From NCBI GenBank assembly GCA_020630775.1, contig JAHDIN010000002.1:108607-172606 (forward strand): DNA of 64,000 nt, given 5' to 3'. Position 1 is the stretch's first letter; each line of letters opens with the position of its first letter. The translations under genes and the position numbers were made by a program. The stretch is from Saprospiraceae bacterium. Its GTDB lineage: Bacteria; Bacteroidota; Bacteroidia; Chitinophagales; Saprospiraceae. Under the pieces are notes generated by a model, which was given only the letters and a program-made list of their open reading frames with translations, was not told the origin of the DNA and did not search any database. Shown piece by piece: positions 46,783-56,946 of this stretch.

Positions 46783-47148
46783 ATGTCTTACACACTTTCC
46801 AGGAAAGAGGAACAAGTCATGAAAATTCTTTGGCAGCTTGAAAAAGCTTTCGTGAAAGAGATAATTGAAGAGTTACCTAATCCTAAACCGCCATATAATA
46901 CTATCTCTTCAATAGTTAGAAAATTAGAAAGTGAAGGGCATATTGGGCATGAAGCTTTTGGTAAGACGCATAGATATTTTCCTATTCTAAAAGAAAAGCA
47001 ATACAAGAAGTTTGCATTCAAAAGTTTAATGAATGATTACTTTAAGAATTCTCATAAAGAATTATTGTCTTATTTCGTAAAGGAGGAAAAGTTGTCTAAA
47101 TCGGACATAGCTCAAATTCTTGATGACTTAAAAAAAACTGACTCATGA
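46783..47148 (+). CDS. BlaI/MecI/CopY family transcriptional repressor (paralog)
   Basis: 121 aa, collinear with the 41031 gene (LSRKEEQVMKILW...NTISSIVRKLESEGHI...HRYFP). Confidence 0.85.
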   Translation: MSYTLSRKEEQVMKILWQLEKAFVKEIIEELPNPKPPYNTISSIVRKLESEGHIGHEAFGKTHRYFPILKEKQYKKFAFKSLMNDYFKNSHKELLSYFVKEEKLSKSDIAQILDDLKKTDS

Positions 47149-49787
47149 ATCATTTATCACTTCCACAATATTTAATAGAGTCTAGTATTTGTCTATGTAG
47201 CTTTTATGCACTTTATTATCTGCTTCTTAAGAAAGAAACTTTTTTTCAGTTTAATAGATTCTATTTATTGCTTACGGCACTGATTTCTTTAGGTATTCCT
47301 TTTTTAAATTTCGAGTGGATAACGACTGGAAATAGCATAATGTTCGACAATGTAATTATACCCGCTCTAAGTTCTGTTCAGACGTCACACGAAACTTTTA
47401 TTGCTTCAGTAGAAGAGCCATCACGATTTGTTATTTCTGTTGGTGATATCATTCGATCACTATACTTTCTTGGTTTGTTTATAATGAGTTTGAAATTATT
47501 TGATGCACTTTTTAAAGTGTTTAATATGATTTCTAAAGGGCGAAAGGTCAAACATAAGGATGGAACTTTAGTGACTAATGTAGAGAATGTTCCTTCGTCT
47601 TCTTTTTTCAGTTTTATATTCTGGAATATTAATGGAAAATCAAATCAGGCAAAAAAGATTATCATGGATCATGAATTGGTTCATGTCAGACAATGGCACA
47701 GTTTGGATGTCATATTTATGGAGTTAATGGTGATATTAAAGTGGTTTAATCCTTTGATTTATCTCTTTAGACGCAGTTTAAAATTGACACATGAATATAT
47801 CGCTGACAGATATGTTTCTTCTCAATCTTCAAAATATGAGTATGCTACCGTCTTATTGAATCAGTTTGAAAAAGGTAAAGTAAATGGTATTAAACACACC
47901 TTTTATTCTGACATCAAAGAGCGATTGCATATGATGAGTCAAAGTCGTTCCAAGCTTTGGAAGTTAACAAAATTCTTAGCTGTCATTCCTATCGCCTTTA
48001 CATTGATAGGATTGTTTAGTTTCAATTTTGTAGACAGTATTACTATGGTCAAAGAAGGTATGACAAAATTAAACAAAGGTTATGATCATCTTGAGGCGAC
48101 AGCCATTTTAGATGTTCCTTCAAAGTGGCAAGATGTAGTGGCTCAAAATTTTAGTGATGAGAAACCCGTGTATACAGAAGAAACAATCATTTTTAGGTGG
48201 GGTAAAATGATGTACTATTTTAATCCATCTCAAAACAGTGATGAAGAGTTATATAAAAATGAAATTCGATCTTATGAGCTGCAAAGTAGCTTAGAGAATA
48301 AGCCTATGCTGTTTGCCTTTAATACTTATTGGTATGATTTCGAATTTGATGTCATTGTTAAGAGCAGTATGGAAGAAATTAAGCATACGATCAAAGTCGA
48401 CGAATCCTATGACCACGAAATGATAATGAGTCAATTTGATTTGCCAGGTATGAATAATATTCAAGTTGAAAATATTAAGCTAAAAAATTCGGATAACGAA
48501 ATCAATGAAATCATCTCATTTGATATTGTCAGTAATAATGCTGCTTCCTCCACCTCGTTTAACAGTTCATCTTCAATCAGATGGATTTATTCAAATAGAG
48601 GGAGTCGATTGTCTAGTCGGATGTTTCCGATTTTTATGGGAGGTATTTTGATTAAGGATTTAGAGCAAATAAATAAAGAAGGTTTGGTCCGAAAAGTAAA
48701 AGATAATTATTGGGCTAAGTTGAAAAATGATGAAGCGATTGATGAGTTTGTTCTAGAAGCTTTAAAAGGTGTTGATTTAGATGATTACGAAGTCAGCATT
48801 GAGGTGCATAGAGATATTATTGTTGACAAAGAGTTTGACAATAATGAAAAACTGAAGCTGAATGAAAATATCTTGAGAGAATATATTTCTATTGGTCATC
48901 TTAATCAAAAGACAATTAAAGAAAGCTTTGATTTTGATTTAAAGAATTTACAGCAAAGATCCATTTTGGAAGAGTGGTTCAATACTCTAGATAATGGAGA
49001 TAGAATATTTTTCATTTTTGTACATAAGGATTATGACGCTGAAGAGGCGAGCAATCAAAGAGTGCCCTTCGTGGTTCGTGATACATTAACAAGTGAGTCT
49101 TTGGATAACTTTAGGTTAGAATATAAAGTCTCTGAGTATCCTGAATTGTACGAGCCAGAAGTTAAATTAGATAACAAGTTTAGCTCAGCTAAGGAGATGA
49201 GTAAATATCAAATAATTTATCAATTAGGAGATAAGACGCTGATTAAAGTAGACAGAATGGATCCTGAGAATGAAAAAATTCTAAATGCATTTTCAGATCC
49301 TGCAAAGTTTGAGATTATTCATATTCCAGGTTACACGACGCAATATAGAGTTATCGAATATAACGCAGATGAATTAGATGTAGACAAGCATGTGATAAAG
49401 AGTGTCCCAGGCCTAGATGAGATCAATATTCATCGACTCCCGGAATTTAATCCAGAGGATGGTAAAGTAGAATTGACTTGGGGAAAAATGATATCTATTG
49501 AAGACATTGGTAATTATTCTTTGAAGCAGTTTCACAGCTCTAGGAAACTTATTCCTTATATCGAAGTGGGTAGTGATCGGTTTGAGATACTTCGATTTAC
49601 GATGTACATCATTGATAAAAATGATAACGTGACTGCATTCCAATCATCATCAGTAAAATCTTATGAACTCAATTCCTTTCTTCAAAAAATAAATGAAGAG
49701 ACTTCAATTTATTTTGATGATATAATTATCGATAAAAAAGGTGAATGGCAACATGTAATGAATAGATTTTCTTTTGTTTTTGAATAA
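47145..49787 (+). CDS. M56 (BlaR1-like) membrane metalloprotease with ~550-aa uncharacterised C-terminal region
   Basis: The N-terminal TM region is similar to the 41441 gene. HELVH zinc motif plus downstream THEYIADRY. 4-nt overlap with the repressor gene. I recognised no TonB_C or CTD motif. Confidence 0.8.
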   Translation: MNHLSLPQYLIESSICLCSFYALYYLLLKKETFFQFNRFYLLLTALISLGIPFLNFEWITTGNSIMFDNVIIPALSSVQTSHETFIASVEEPSRFVISVGDIIRSLYFLGLFIMSLKLFDALFKVFNMISKGRKVKHKDGTLVTNVENVPSSSFFSFIFWNINGKSNQAKKIIMDHELVHVRQWHSLDVIFMELMVILKWFNPLIYLFRRSLKLTHEYIADRYVSSQSSKYEYATVLLNQFEKGKVNGIKHTFYSDIKERLHMMSQSRSKLWKLTKFLAVIPIAFTLIGLFSFNFVDSITMVKEGMTKLNKGYDHLEATAILDVPSKWQDVVAQNFSDEKPVYTEETIIFRWGKMMYYFNPSQNSDEELYKNEIRSYELQSSLENKPMLFAFNTYWYDFEFDVIVKSSMEEIKHTIKVDESYDHEMIMSQFDLPGMNNIQVENIKLKNSDNEINEIISFDIVSNNAASSTSFNSSSSIRWIYSNRGSRLSSRMFPIFMGGILIKDLEQINKEGLVRKVKDNYWAKLKNDEAIDEFVLEALKGVDLDDYEVSIEVHRDIIVDKEFDNNEKLKLNENILREYISIGHLNQKTIKESFDFDLKNLQQRSILEEWFNTLDNGDRIFFIFVHKDYDAEEASNQRVPFVVRDTLTSESLDNFRLEYKVSEYPELYEPEVKLDNKFSSAKEMSKYQIIYQLGDKTLIKVDRMDPENEKILNAFSDPAKFEIIHIPGYTTQYRVIEYNADELDVDKHVIKSVPGLDEINIHRLPEFNPEDGKVELTWGKMISIEDIGNYSLKQFHSSRKLIPYIEVGSDRFEILRFTMYIIDKNDNVTAFQSSSVKSYELNSFLQKINEETSIYFDDIIIDKKGEWQHVMNRFSFVFE

Positions 49788-49796
49788 AAGCAATCA

Positions 49797-50279
49797 TTAG
49801 AAATTCGTCGGATCTACCCAATCTCTATCTTTAATCACTTTTGTGTCAGAGAATTTATCATGCCATCCAGGACCATTTCCTAAAAAAGAGAATGCTTCAA
49901 ATGGTATAATTCTGCATAGTGTGCGCAACAAGGTGTCTTCAAATCCCATCTTACTATTATCAAGATTGATGGCTCTTGTTTTGGTAATTAGTTTTCCTAA
50001 TGTTTTTCCTTTGAATAAGGTTTCGCATAAAAGGTAGTACATAATCGTAATGACGGCACCTAAGGCATATTCAATCAGTTTGGCTTTGAGTCCTGTGTCT
50101 TCTTCATAGAGATAGTCTGAATCGGGGTCAATGAAAAAGAAATAGATTAATACAATGACTACCCCAAACAACATCATAGCAATATAATCTATGAAGTAAT
50201 TTGTCAAGCGATCACCCTGCGAGGCAAGAGGGTATACCTTTTGTTCCTTTTCAATATTATCATCTAGAAGTTCTTCCAT
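49797..50279 (-). CDS. RDD family membrane protein
   Basis: 160 aa with the Arg...Asp...Asp arrangement (GDRLTNYFIDYIAMML), two or three TM helices and KGKTLGKLITKTR, typical of RDD domains. Confidence 0.65.
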   Translation of the reverse strand: MEELLDDNIEKEQKVYPLASQGDRLTNYFIDYIAMMLFGVVIVLIYFFFIDPDSDYLYEEDTGLKAKLIEYALGAVITIMYYLLCETLFKGKTLGKLITKTRAINLDNSKMGFEDTLLRTLCRIIPFEAFSFLGNGPGWHDKFSDTKVIKDRDWVDPTNF

Positions 50280-50454
50280 GCAAATTGATCTATAAGCTAA
50301 GTCGTTATTTAATTAAGTATTTTATTTTTAATGCTTTGGTCGTAGACATTTAGATGTGTTTGAGTTCATCTTTTCGTCAAGTTTATATATTTAAACATTA
50401 AGATAGTAGACTTTTTGAACCAACAATATAGTTTAACAGTTAAATTGAACTGTA

Positions 50455-51471
50455 ATGGACATAAAAATTATATTGAAATTCGGTTTGCTTATTTTTTGTT
50501 TATCGGTTAATTATACCTTAACCGCACAAGATCTTTTTAATCAAAATGTCCAGTATAATATCATTGTAGATACCGAGGATAATGAAACCATTTCGGTAGA
50601 GTATGAGGTCTATTTTCCAAAAGATAGAAAGCAACCAGAATTTTTTTCGACTACTTCGCTAGACTCTTTTCTATTTATTCTATCAAACGATATTGCCCAA
50701 TTGCCTAAAGATAAGAGTCAAGTTCTTTTTTATATACATGGCATGTGGGGCGGTTCTAGACGCAACTTTAATCGGGCTTATAATTTAATGACAGATGCAT
50801 ATTTAGATGCCGAGCAATCTGATATTGGAAGAATAGTTTCTTTAAAATGGCCAGGTAATAAAATGGACTATAAAAAGAATAAGGAAACATTGTATAATAC
50901 TAGTGCTGAAATCTCAGATGTATTTTTTGAATTCATTAGAAGGTTTCAAACGGTTAATTTTCTAAGTCGGCAAATAGATTCAAATATTGATTTAATAATT
51001 CATTCTTTAGGTAATGAATTGTTTAAAGAAATGATGCTAGTGTTAGATGAAGAAGATTTAGAATATCCTTATTTTGAAGAAATTATATTAGCGGCTTCTG
51101 ATCTTGAGGCTGATGTTTTTGAAACAGAACCTGAGTTTTCTAGTGTGTCAAAAATGGCTAATCGAGTTCAAATTTATTTTAGTAAACGCGACCTGACTCT
51201 AGGTGTGTCTAAGAATTTGAATAAAAAAACACGTATGGGTTTGGGTGGTCCTCAAGAAATGGCAGAATTACCACCGAATGTATATTACATAGATGTTGGC
51301 CACATAAAAGACGATGTCAATATGGGTGATCTGATGACTGGGCACTCTTACTACAGGTCTTCCCCAATTGTTACTCAAGATATGATAGATTGTATGCTGG
51401 GCTTGTCACTTTCTCAACTCAATCGAGAATTGGTAGATAAGAAACTTAACTTGTATAAAATTATTAATTAA
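50455..51471 (+). CDS. Alpha/beta hydrolase (DUF900-like)
   Basis: Signal peptide, FYIHGMWGG oxyanion region and IIHSLGN nucleophile elbow. Confidence 0.6.
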   Translation: MDIKIILKFGLLIFCLSVNYTLTAQDLFNQNVQYNIIVDTEDNETISVEYEVYFPKDRKQPEFFSTTSLDSFLFILSNDIAQLPKDKSQVLFYIHGMWGGSRRNFNRAYNLMTDAYLDAEQSDIGRIVSLKWPGNKMDYKKNKETLYNTSAEISDVFFEFIRRFQTVNFLSRQIDSNIDLIIHSLGNELFKEMMLVLDEEDLEYPYFEEIILAASDLEADVFETEPEFSSVSKMANRVQIYFSKRDLTLGVSKNLNKKTRMGLGGPQEMAELPPNVYYIDVGHIKDDVNMGDLMTGHSYYRSSPIVTQDMIDCMLGLSLSQLNRELVDKKLNLYKIIN

Positions 51472-51488
51472 GGAAAATTTAATTTTCC
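51472..51488 (+). terminator. Weak AT-rich hairpin after the hydrolase gene
   Basis: GGAAAA...TTTTCC 6-bp stem with a 5-nt loop immediately after the stop, followed by GATTTTA. Confidence 0.3.
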
Positions 51489-51806
51489 GATTTTAAGCAT
51501 AATTACTGCATACAAAATAGTCAACACTTTTAAGTGTTCGAGAAAGGTTTTTTCATCAAAACTAAGTCAGAATTTGATTTTATTGCATATTATTAATTCT
51601 TGCAATGTTTTTTTAATAAAAATTTTCAAAGTTTTTTTTAAAGCTCCAATTATTTTTTACTTGGATATTTCGACCGTTCATCATTCAGTCTGTGGCGAGT
51701 AAATTTACGTCCGCGGCTTGGGCTACTCAGTAGACCATAAGCAGTAAATTTAGGAGCTGAAGGAAATGTGAAGAGCTAAAAGACCTTTTGATGAATTAGA
51801 GTTTTG

Positions 51807-51833
51807 GTTACTTTGGGGCTATGCCAAAGTAAC
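51807..51833 (-). terminator. Perfect 10-bp hairpin 36 nt downstream of the adhesin stop (no U-tract)
   Basis: GTTACTTTGG (51807-51816) pairs with CCAAAGTAAC (51824-51833) around a 7-nt loop. There is no T-run on either strand, so the terminator role is uncertain. Confidence 0.3.
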
Positions 51834-51869
51834 AGATTATAAAAAGTCATACTACTTAATATCCATTAA

Positions 51870-54674
51870 TTATCGCACTAATGTTATAGTACCAGTTTTA
51901 GAGCCTAATGAGCCATCAATAAATTCTAATTCAAAATGAAAAGTATAGGTGCCTATTTCAACATTTTTATTTTCAATCTTGCCATCCCATCCAGTAAAAT
52001 TATTAATGGTTTCGATGTTGCCTGAGGAATAAATCGAATTTCCCCAACGATCATAAATAAATAATTGACTTCTCGCTAAACTACTATCAACTCCCAAATA
52101 AAATAGGTCATTAAAGCCATCTCCATTCGGAGAAAAAATATTAGGAATATATAAGTTGATATCTAAAAATGGCTCCACATAAATGGAGTCTTTGGCTATA
52201 CAAAATAAGCCATTGACACTTTCGAAAAATATATAGTTTTCCTCAGTAAGTAAATACTCTAGTTGTAAGTCATAGCTAAGGGTGGAGTCAGAAACATACC
52301 AAAGACTTGAAATGGCTTCTTCACCGTTAAGCTCAGTGTCCAAAAAAATTGTTGTTCCATACGCTTCTATTAATGGACCTTCGTCAACTATTCTAGTAAG
52401 ATTATCAGCGACTTCCAAATCAAGAATGATGACACTATCACACCCGTTTTGGTTATACAAGGTGTCGAAGTAAATACCAGGCCATTCTAACTCGACTTCT
52501 CCGAAAGCATAGGTTTCTCCAAAACATATGGTATCTAGTATTTCTGTTGCTTCTGATTCGATAAAGCTTAAGTTTATTTTTATCAAACTATCGCAACCAG
52601 TTTCAGATATCTCTTCGAAGAGATATTCTCCTGATTCTTTCAGTATTGTACCATTGTAATTAAATGTTTCTGTGTCACATATAGTCGTATCAATGTTGAT
52701 ATTGAAAATGGGATATTCTTCTACATTGAGGATCACAATACTGTCACAACCGTTTTGTGATTTAAGAGAATCTATATATTGACCTTCACTTATAATTCTT
52801 AAATCATTGAACTCGATAAAACTATTTTGACAAATGGTCGTATCGAAATAGCTTTCGATTGTTTGGTCAATAATTAAATTTAAGCTGATAATACTATCAC
52901 AGCCATCGATACTAGATAGATTTTCAAAATAGCTACCATTTGTTGTGAGTATATTGCCATAAAAATTATACGACTCTAATTCACATATACTAGCATTTTG
53001 CGTAGTTATTGGAATTGAATCGGTAAAAATGACCTCATATTTAATAACCAAAGAATCGCATGATTCAGTTGAAGAGGGTAGGTAGTCAAAGTAAGTGCCG
53101 GATGTAAACTTCCAACTATCAAATATGAAAATGGAATCATGATAGCACAGTGTTTCAAATATAACTTGGGTGTCGGGCGGTGAATTATAGACGGGAAACC
53201 AATCAACTATTTTCTCTAGATATGATTTGCATCCTAATTCATTTGTGGCGGTTAATTTTACAATGTAACTGCCATTAGTTTCGTAATTGTAAATAGGGTT
53301 TTCTTCTATTGATTGTTGACCATTACCAAATGCCCATTCATATATTAAATCCTGAGGTGTAGAAGTGTTAATAAGCTCGATAGGTCCGGCGACACAGCTG
53401 TCGAATAAAAATTCAAATTCTAAATTAATTGGTTCAGGGATTAATATTTTAAAGAAAGCCGTATCGAAGCAACTGTCTTCAATATTTATAGACATGTGGC
53501 CATAAAAAGTGCCATCGTATGGCAAGTTAAAATCTAAGTCTTTAACTTGGCCGATTCCAGTATTTAGGACTTCATTACCATCTTGGTCTGCTATATACCA
53601 GGCAAAACCATCGATAACATTAAGGTCAATACTTGAATTCATAATTGAAATGTTTCTATCTCCGCAGGTAGAATAAAAGGGGATTTCTATTTCTCTTTCA
53701 GAATCATAGATAGTTGAATCAGCAATAATACTAGCTATCAAATTAGGGCTACAGCTTATTACATTAAATTCAAAATCTCTTCTTACTGTATTAATTAAAA
53801 TTCCATTCCGAAATTCATCAACGCAAATAGCGACTACATAAGCGCCTAAAGTATTTGGCATTCCAGAAATATTACCTGATTCAGGATGAATTGTTACAGA
53901 AGGATGGCCTCCTATGGGATTAAGCGCGTCGAAACCATTGAGATATGTAACTGTGTTGTAGGGCGGCGTACAATTAACGGGATCTGGATTTAAGCAACCA
54001 CAACAGTTAGGTGTACCATCATCTTCTGAGTCGATGGCTAGTGGAGAACAGAACCTATATGATAGACTATCTCCATCTATATCGGTAGCATTTTGTTCTA
54101 TTAATAAATCGAAATTGGAGCAAATAAAATGCGGAGGTATAAAATCAAAATTAGCACTACTGTTCTTTAATCTTTGGGCTTCAGAAGTAATAATGATATC
54201 GTAAACTGCACCAATATCTCCTGCGTTTTGAATATTGTTGATTGAAAAATTTCTACAACATTTTTGATAACTAATCATATAGCTGTACTCTGAGGATTCT
54301 AGTTCAATTTGAAATGTATAACTGGCTAGTTCTAATTCTATTTGACTCCTGATAACGGAAATGCAAGGATCCTCAGATGGTGTAATATTTTCTATTGGGC
54401 CTAGAGCAACCGATCTAACTACATCGTAAGAAAACCATGTGCCATCCGCTGCTTGTCTATAAATGCCAAAGTCCGCGAATGGATCATACGCTATTCCGGT
54501 CGGATCTCTGAATAACTGCAGTTGGATTTCAAAAGTATTTGATTGCTTTGATTGGTCAAATTCTATGAACTTATAACTTATTTCACCTCCAACAATGTGA
54601 GAGCTATGACCAATTTGTTGAATAGACAGAAAGCAAATAAAAGATAAGATCGTTGGTGCAATAAAATTATACAT
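51870..54674 (-). CDS. Large T9SS type B (gliding motility-associated) C-terminal domain adhesin-like protein
   Basis: Signal peptide, PKD-like segment (YEWAFGNGQQS...YIVKLTATNELGC) and five ~45-aa Cys/GCDS repeats. The C-terminus (YIPNIFSPNGDGFNDLF...IYDRWGNSIY...WDG...GTYTFHFE) matches the type B sorting domain. Confidence 0.8.
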   Translation of the reverse strand: MYNFIAPTILSFICFLSIQQIGHSSHIVGGEISYKFIEFDQSKQSNTFEIQLQLFRDPTGIAYDPFADFGIYRQAADGTWFSYDVVRSVALGPIENITPSEDPCISVIRSQIELELASYTFQIELESSEYSYMISYQKCCRNFSINNIQNAGDIGAVYDIIITSEAQRLKNSSANFDFIPPHFICSNFDLLIEQNATDIDGDSLSYRFCSPLAIDSEDDGTPNCCGCLNPDPVNCTPPYNTVTYLNGFDALNPIGGHPSVTIHPESGNISGMPNTLGAYVVAICVDEFRNGILINTVRRDFEFNVISCSPNLIASIIADSTIYDSEREIEIPFYSTCGDRNISIMNSSIDLNVIDGFAWYIADQDGNEVLNTGIGQVKDLDFNLPYDGTFYGHMSINIEDSCFDTAFFKILIPEPINLEFEFLFDSCVAGPIELINTSTPQDLIYEWAFGNGQQSIEENPIYNYETNGSYIVKLTATNELGCKSYLEKIVDWFPVYNSPPDTQVIFETLCYHDSIFIFDSWKFTSGTYFDYLPSSTESCDSLVIKYEVIFTDSIPITTQNASICELESYNFYGNILTTNGSYFENLSSIDGCDSIISLNLIIDQTIESYFDTTICQNSFIEFNDLRIISEGQYIDSLKSQNGCDSIVILNVEEYPIFNINIDTTICDTETFNYNGTILKESGEYLFEEISETGCDSLIKINLSFIESEATEILDTICFGETYAFGEVELEWPGIYFDTLYNQNGCDSVIILDLEVADNLTRIVDEGPLIEAYGTTIFLDTELNGEEAISSLWYVSDSTLSYDLQLEYLLTEENYIFFESVNGLFCIAKDSIYVEPFLDINLYIPNIFSPNGDGFNDLFYLGVDSSLARSQLFIYDRWGNSIYSSGNIETINNFTGWDGKIENKNVEIGTYTFHFELEFIDGSLGSKTGTITLVR

Positions 54675-54769
54675 CCCAATTTCTTTTTATTAGAATTTGA
54701 TGAAGGAGTATAATCGCTGCGTAAAACTAAATCATACAGCAAATTTTTGATTAGGGGTAAACCCTAAAA

Positions 54770-55789
54770 TTAAAATGCAGGTGCTTCTTGAGGTACTGGT
54801 AGTGGTCGCATATTAAGTACTTCGTCGCAGAATTTAAATATTTCAGCTTGGACGTCTCTCCAATTTTGATTCATGAAATGAGATCCTATGACATGCCCTC
54901 TCGCAGTAGTAAATGGTTTTAATCTTTTCTTGGAATCTTCAGTATTTATAGTTTCGTAGAAGTTCTTTATAGCATCAATTGAGATGATTTCATCTTTTTC
55001 TTTTTCATTTTTGAAATAATAGCCTATGAAAAGTGGCAGATTTATCTTCTTGAAGACCTCCTCAGTCATAGTTTGATCCAGCAAATTTCTTAAGCATATG
55101 AGACCTTCTATTCGGTTTTTGGTAGTCCAATATTTTTGAGCAGCTGATGAGGTGCTCCATGTTCTATGTTTTCCTCCAACAATTTTTTCCAATAAAAATT
55201 TACCCCATGGCTTTGTCATGAGATGTGAGTTGCTATCGTATAAATCAAAGTTAGGTCCTGTCATTATCATGGCATGTATAGAAGCGTCATGCGCTGCTAA
55301 ATAAGTTGCTAATGTTGATCCTGTAGAAGTTGAGACTATAATTAATTTATTCCCAATGCTCTTGGCAATGGCTATAGCTTCTTTGGCTGAATCAATGAGT
55401 TCTTTTGGTGTAAGGTCTTTTAATATATCTGGATCAGATCTTCCAGCCTTTGGACTTCTATGCCAGTAACTATTAGCGTTGTATCTGTCAGCTAAGTTTT
55501 TAAGAATGGGCTGGCATTCGCCATGTGATGCTGAATAACCATGTAAGTATAATATAGCATAATCAGTCTTATTGTTTCTATCTCTCCAATAAAATTGAGA
55601 TTGGTTATCAGGTTTAATATCTGAAATTTTTGATTCCTTGTCATTTACATAGGCTTCAACCATTTGAATATTAAAGTTGCTCTTGAAGGGACTGGGGTCC
55701 ACTGTTTCAAACTTTTCTCTAGGGCCTAAAAAGTATATGAGTGAAAGAACTATTAAAATTGCGATAAGGACCTTGAAAAATGTTTTCAT
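54770..55789 (-). CDS. Alpha/beta hydrolase family protein
   Basis: N-terminal anchor, LHGYSASHGE oxyanion region and an IVSTSTGSTLA nucleophile-elbow-like segment. Confidence 0.55.
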   Translation of the reverse strand: MKTFFKVLIAILIVLSLIYFLGPREKFETVDPSPFKSNFNIQMVEAYVNDKESKISDIKPDNQSQFYWRDRNNKTDYAILYLHGYSASHGECQPILKNLADRYNANSYWHRSPKAGRSDPDILKDLTPKELIDSAKEAIAIAKSIGNKLIIVSTSTGSTLATYLAAHDASIHAMIMTGPNFDLYDSNSHLMTKPWGKFLLEKIVGGKHRTWSTSSAAQKYWTTKNRIEGLICLRNLLDQTMTEEVFKKINLPLFIGYYFKNEKEKDEIISIDAIKNFYETINTEDSKKRLKPFTTARGHVIGSHFMNQNWRDVQAEIFKFCDEVLNMRPLPVPQEAPAF

Positions 55790-55830
55790 AGAAAAATTTA
55801 TACTTAATTTAATGAGATCAAATTTACAAC

Positions 55831-56931
55831 ATGAAACTATTAATATTTATTTCTAGCTTATTCTTATCAGTAACTTGTTTTGCTCAGTATGAATTTGAAC
55901 ACACTAAGGATGTTCAATGTACCAATATCAAGAACCAATCTAGGACAGGTACATGCTGGAGTTTTGCTACATCATCTTTTATAGAGTCTGAATTAATGCG
56001 AATGGGTAAAGGCAATCATGATCTCTCAGAAATGTATGTCGTAAGAAACATTTATAAGGATAAGGCGCAGAATTATATGTTGAGACAAGGCAAAGCCAAT
56101 TTTTCTCAAGGTAGTCTATCGCATGATCTAATAAGAATGATTGCCTCTAAAGGTGTTGTTCCTGAATCGATTTACTCTGGATTAGCTGAAGGTGATACGG
56201 CACATAATCACAGTGAAATGGAAGCGGTGCTCAAGGGCATGATGGATGCAGTATTAAAGTCTAAAAAGCCTAGCCAAAAATGGAAATCTGCGTTTGATGC
56301 AGTTTTAGATACCTATATGGGCCCCTGTCCAGAATCTTTTGAATACAATGGAAAAATGACAAGTCCTAAAGAATTAGCTTCTGACCTTGGATTAGATTCA
56401 AAAGAATATGTGTCGTTAACTTCTTTTTCTCATCATCCATATTATGAAAAATTTATACTTGAAATACCTGATAATTATTCAAATGGCTATTTCTATAATA
56501 TTCCTCTAGAAGAGTTGATGACAATTATGGATCAAGCAGTTGACCAAGGCTATACCGTTGCTTGGGATGGCGATGTTAGTGAGAAAGGTTTTAGTGCAAG
56601 GGAGGGTATTGCTGTTTTGCCTATGGATGAAAAAAGAGAGGATTTATTTAAGCAACCTGGAGATGAAATCGAAGCTAATGCATCTGTCCGTCAAGCTCAA
56701 TTTGAAAATTATACAACAACCGATGATCACTTGATGCATTTAGTTGGAAAAGCTAAAGATCAAAATGGTACACCTTATTACATTATTAAAAATAGCTGGG
56801 GAGAAATTAGCCCTTACAAAGGCTATATGTATATGTCTGAGACTTATGCGAAAATGAAGACTGTGGCGATCATGGTCCATAAGGATGTGCTTACTCAGAA
56901 AGTAAAGGATTTAGTTGCTGAAGATGATTAA
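55831..56931 (+). CDS. C1 family (papain-like, aminopeptidase C-like) cysteine peptidase
   Basis: Signal peptide and NQSRTGTCWSFAT catalytic Cys motif. The downstream DDHLMHLVG and IKNSWG motifs (His, Asn/Trp) fit the C1 fold. Confidence 0.8.
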   Translation: MKLLIFISSLFLSVTCFAQYEFEHTKDVQCTNIKNQSRTGTCWSFATSSFIESELMRMGKGNHDLSEMYVVRNIYKDKAQNYMLRQGKANFSQGSLSHDLIRMIASKGVVPESIYSGLAEGDTAHNHSEMEAVLKGMMDAVLKSKKPSQKWKSAFDAVLDTYMGPCPESFEYNGKMTSPKELASDLGLDSKEYVSLTSFSHHPYYEKFILEIPDNYSNGYFYNIPLEELMTIMDQAVDQGYTVAWDGDVSEKGFSAREGIAVLPMDEKREDLFKQPGDEIEANASVRQAQFENYTTTDDHLMHLVGKAKDQNGTPYYIIKNSWGEISPYKGYMYMSETYAKMKTVAIMVHKDVLTQKVKDLVAEDD

Positions 56932-56946
56932 TAAAGGGAAACAAAT

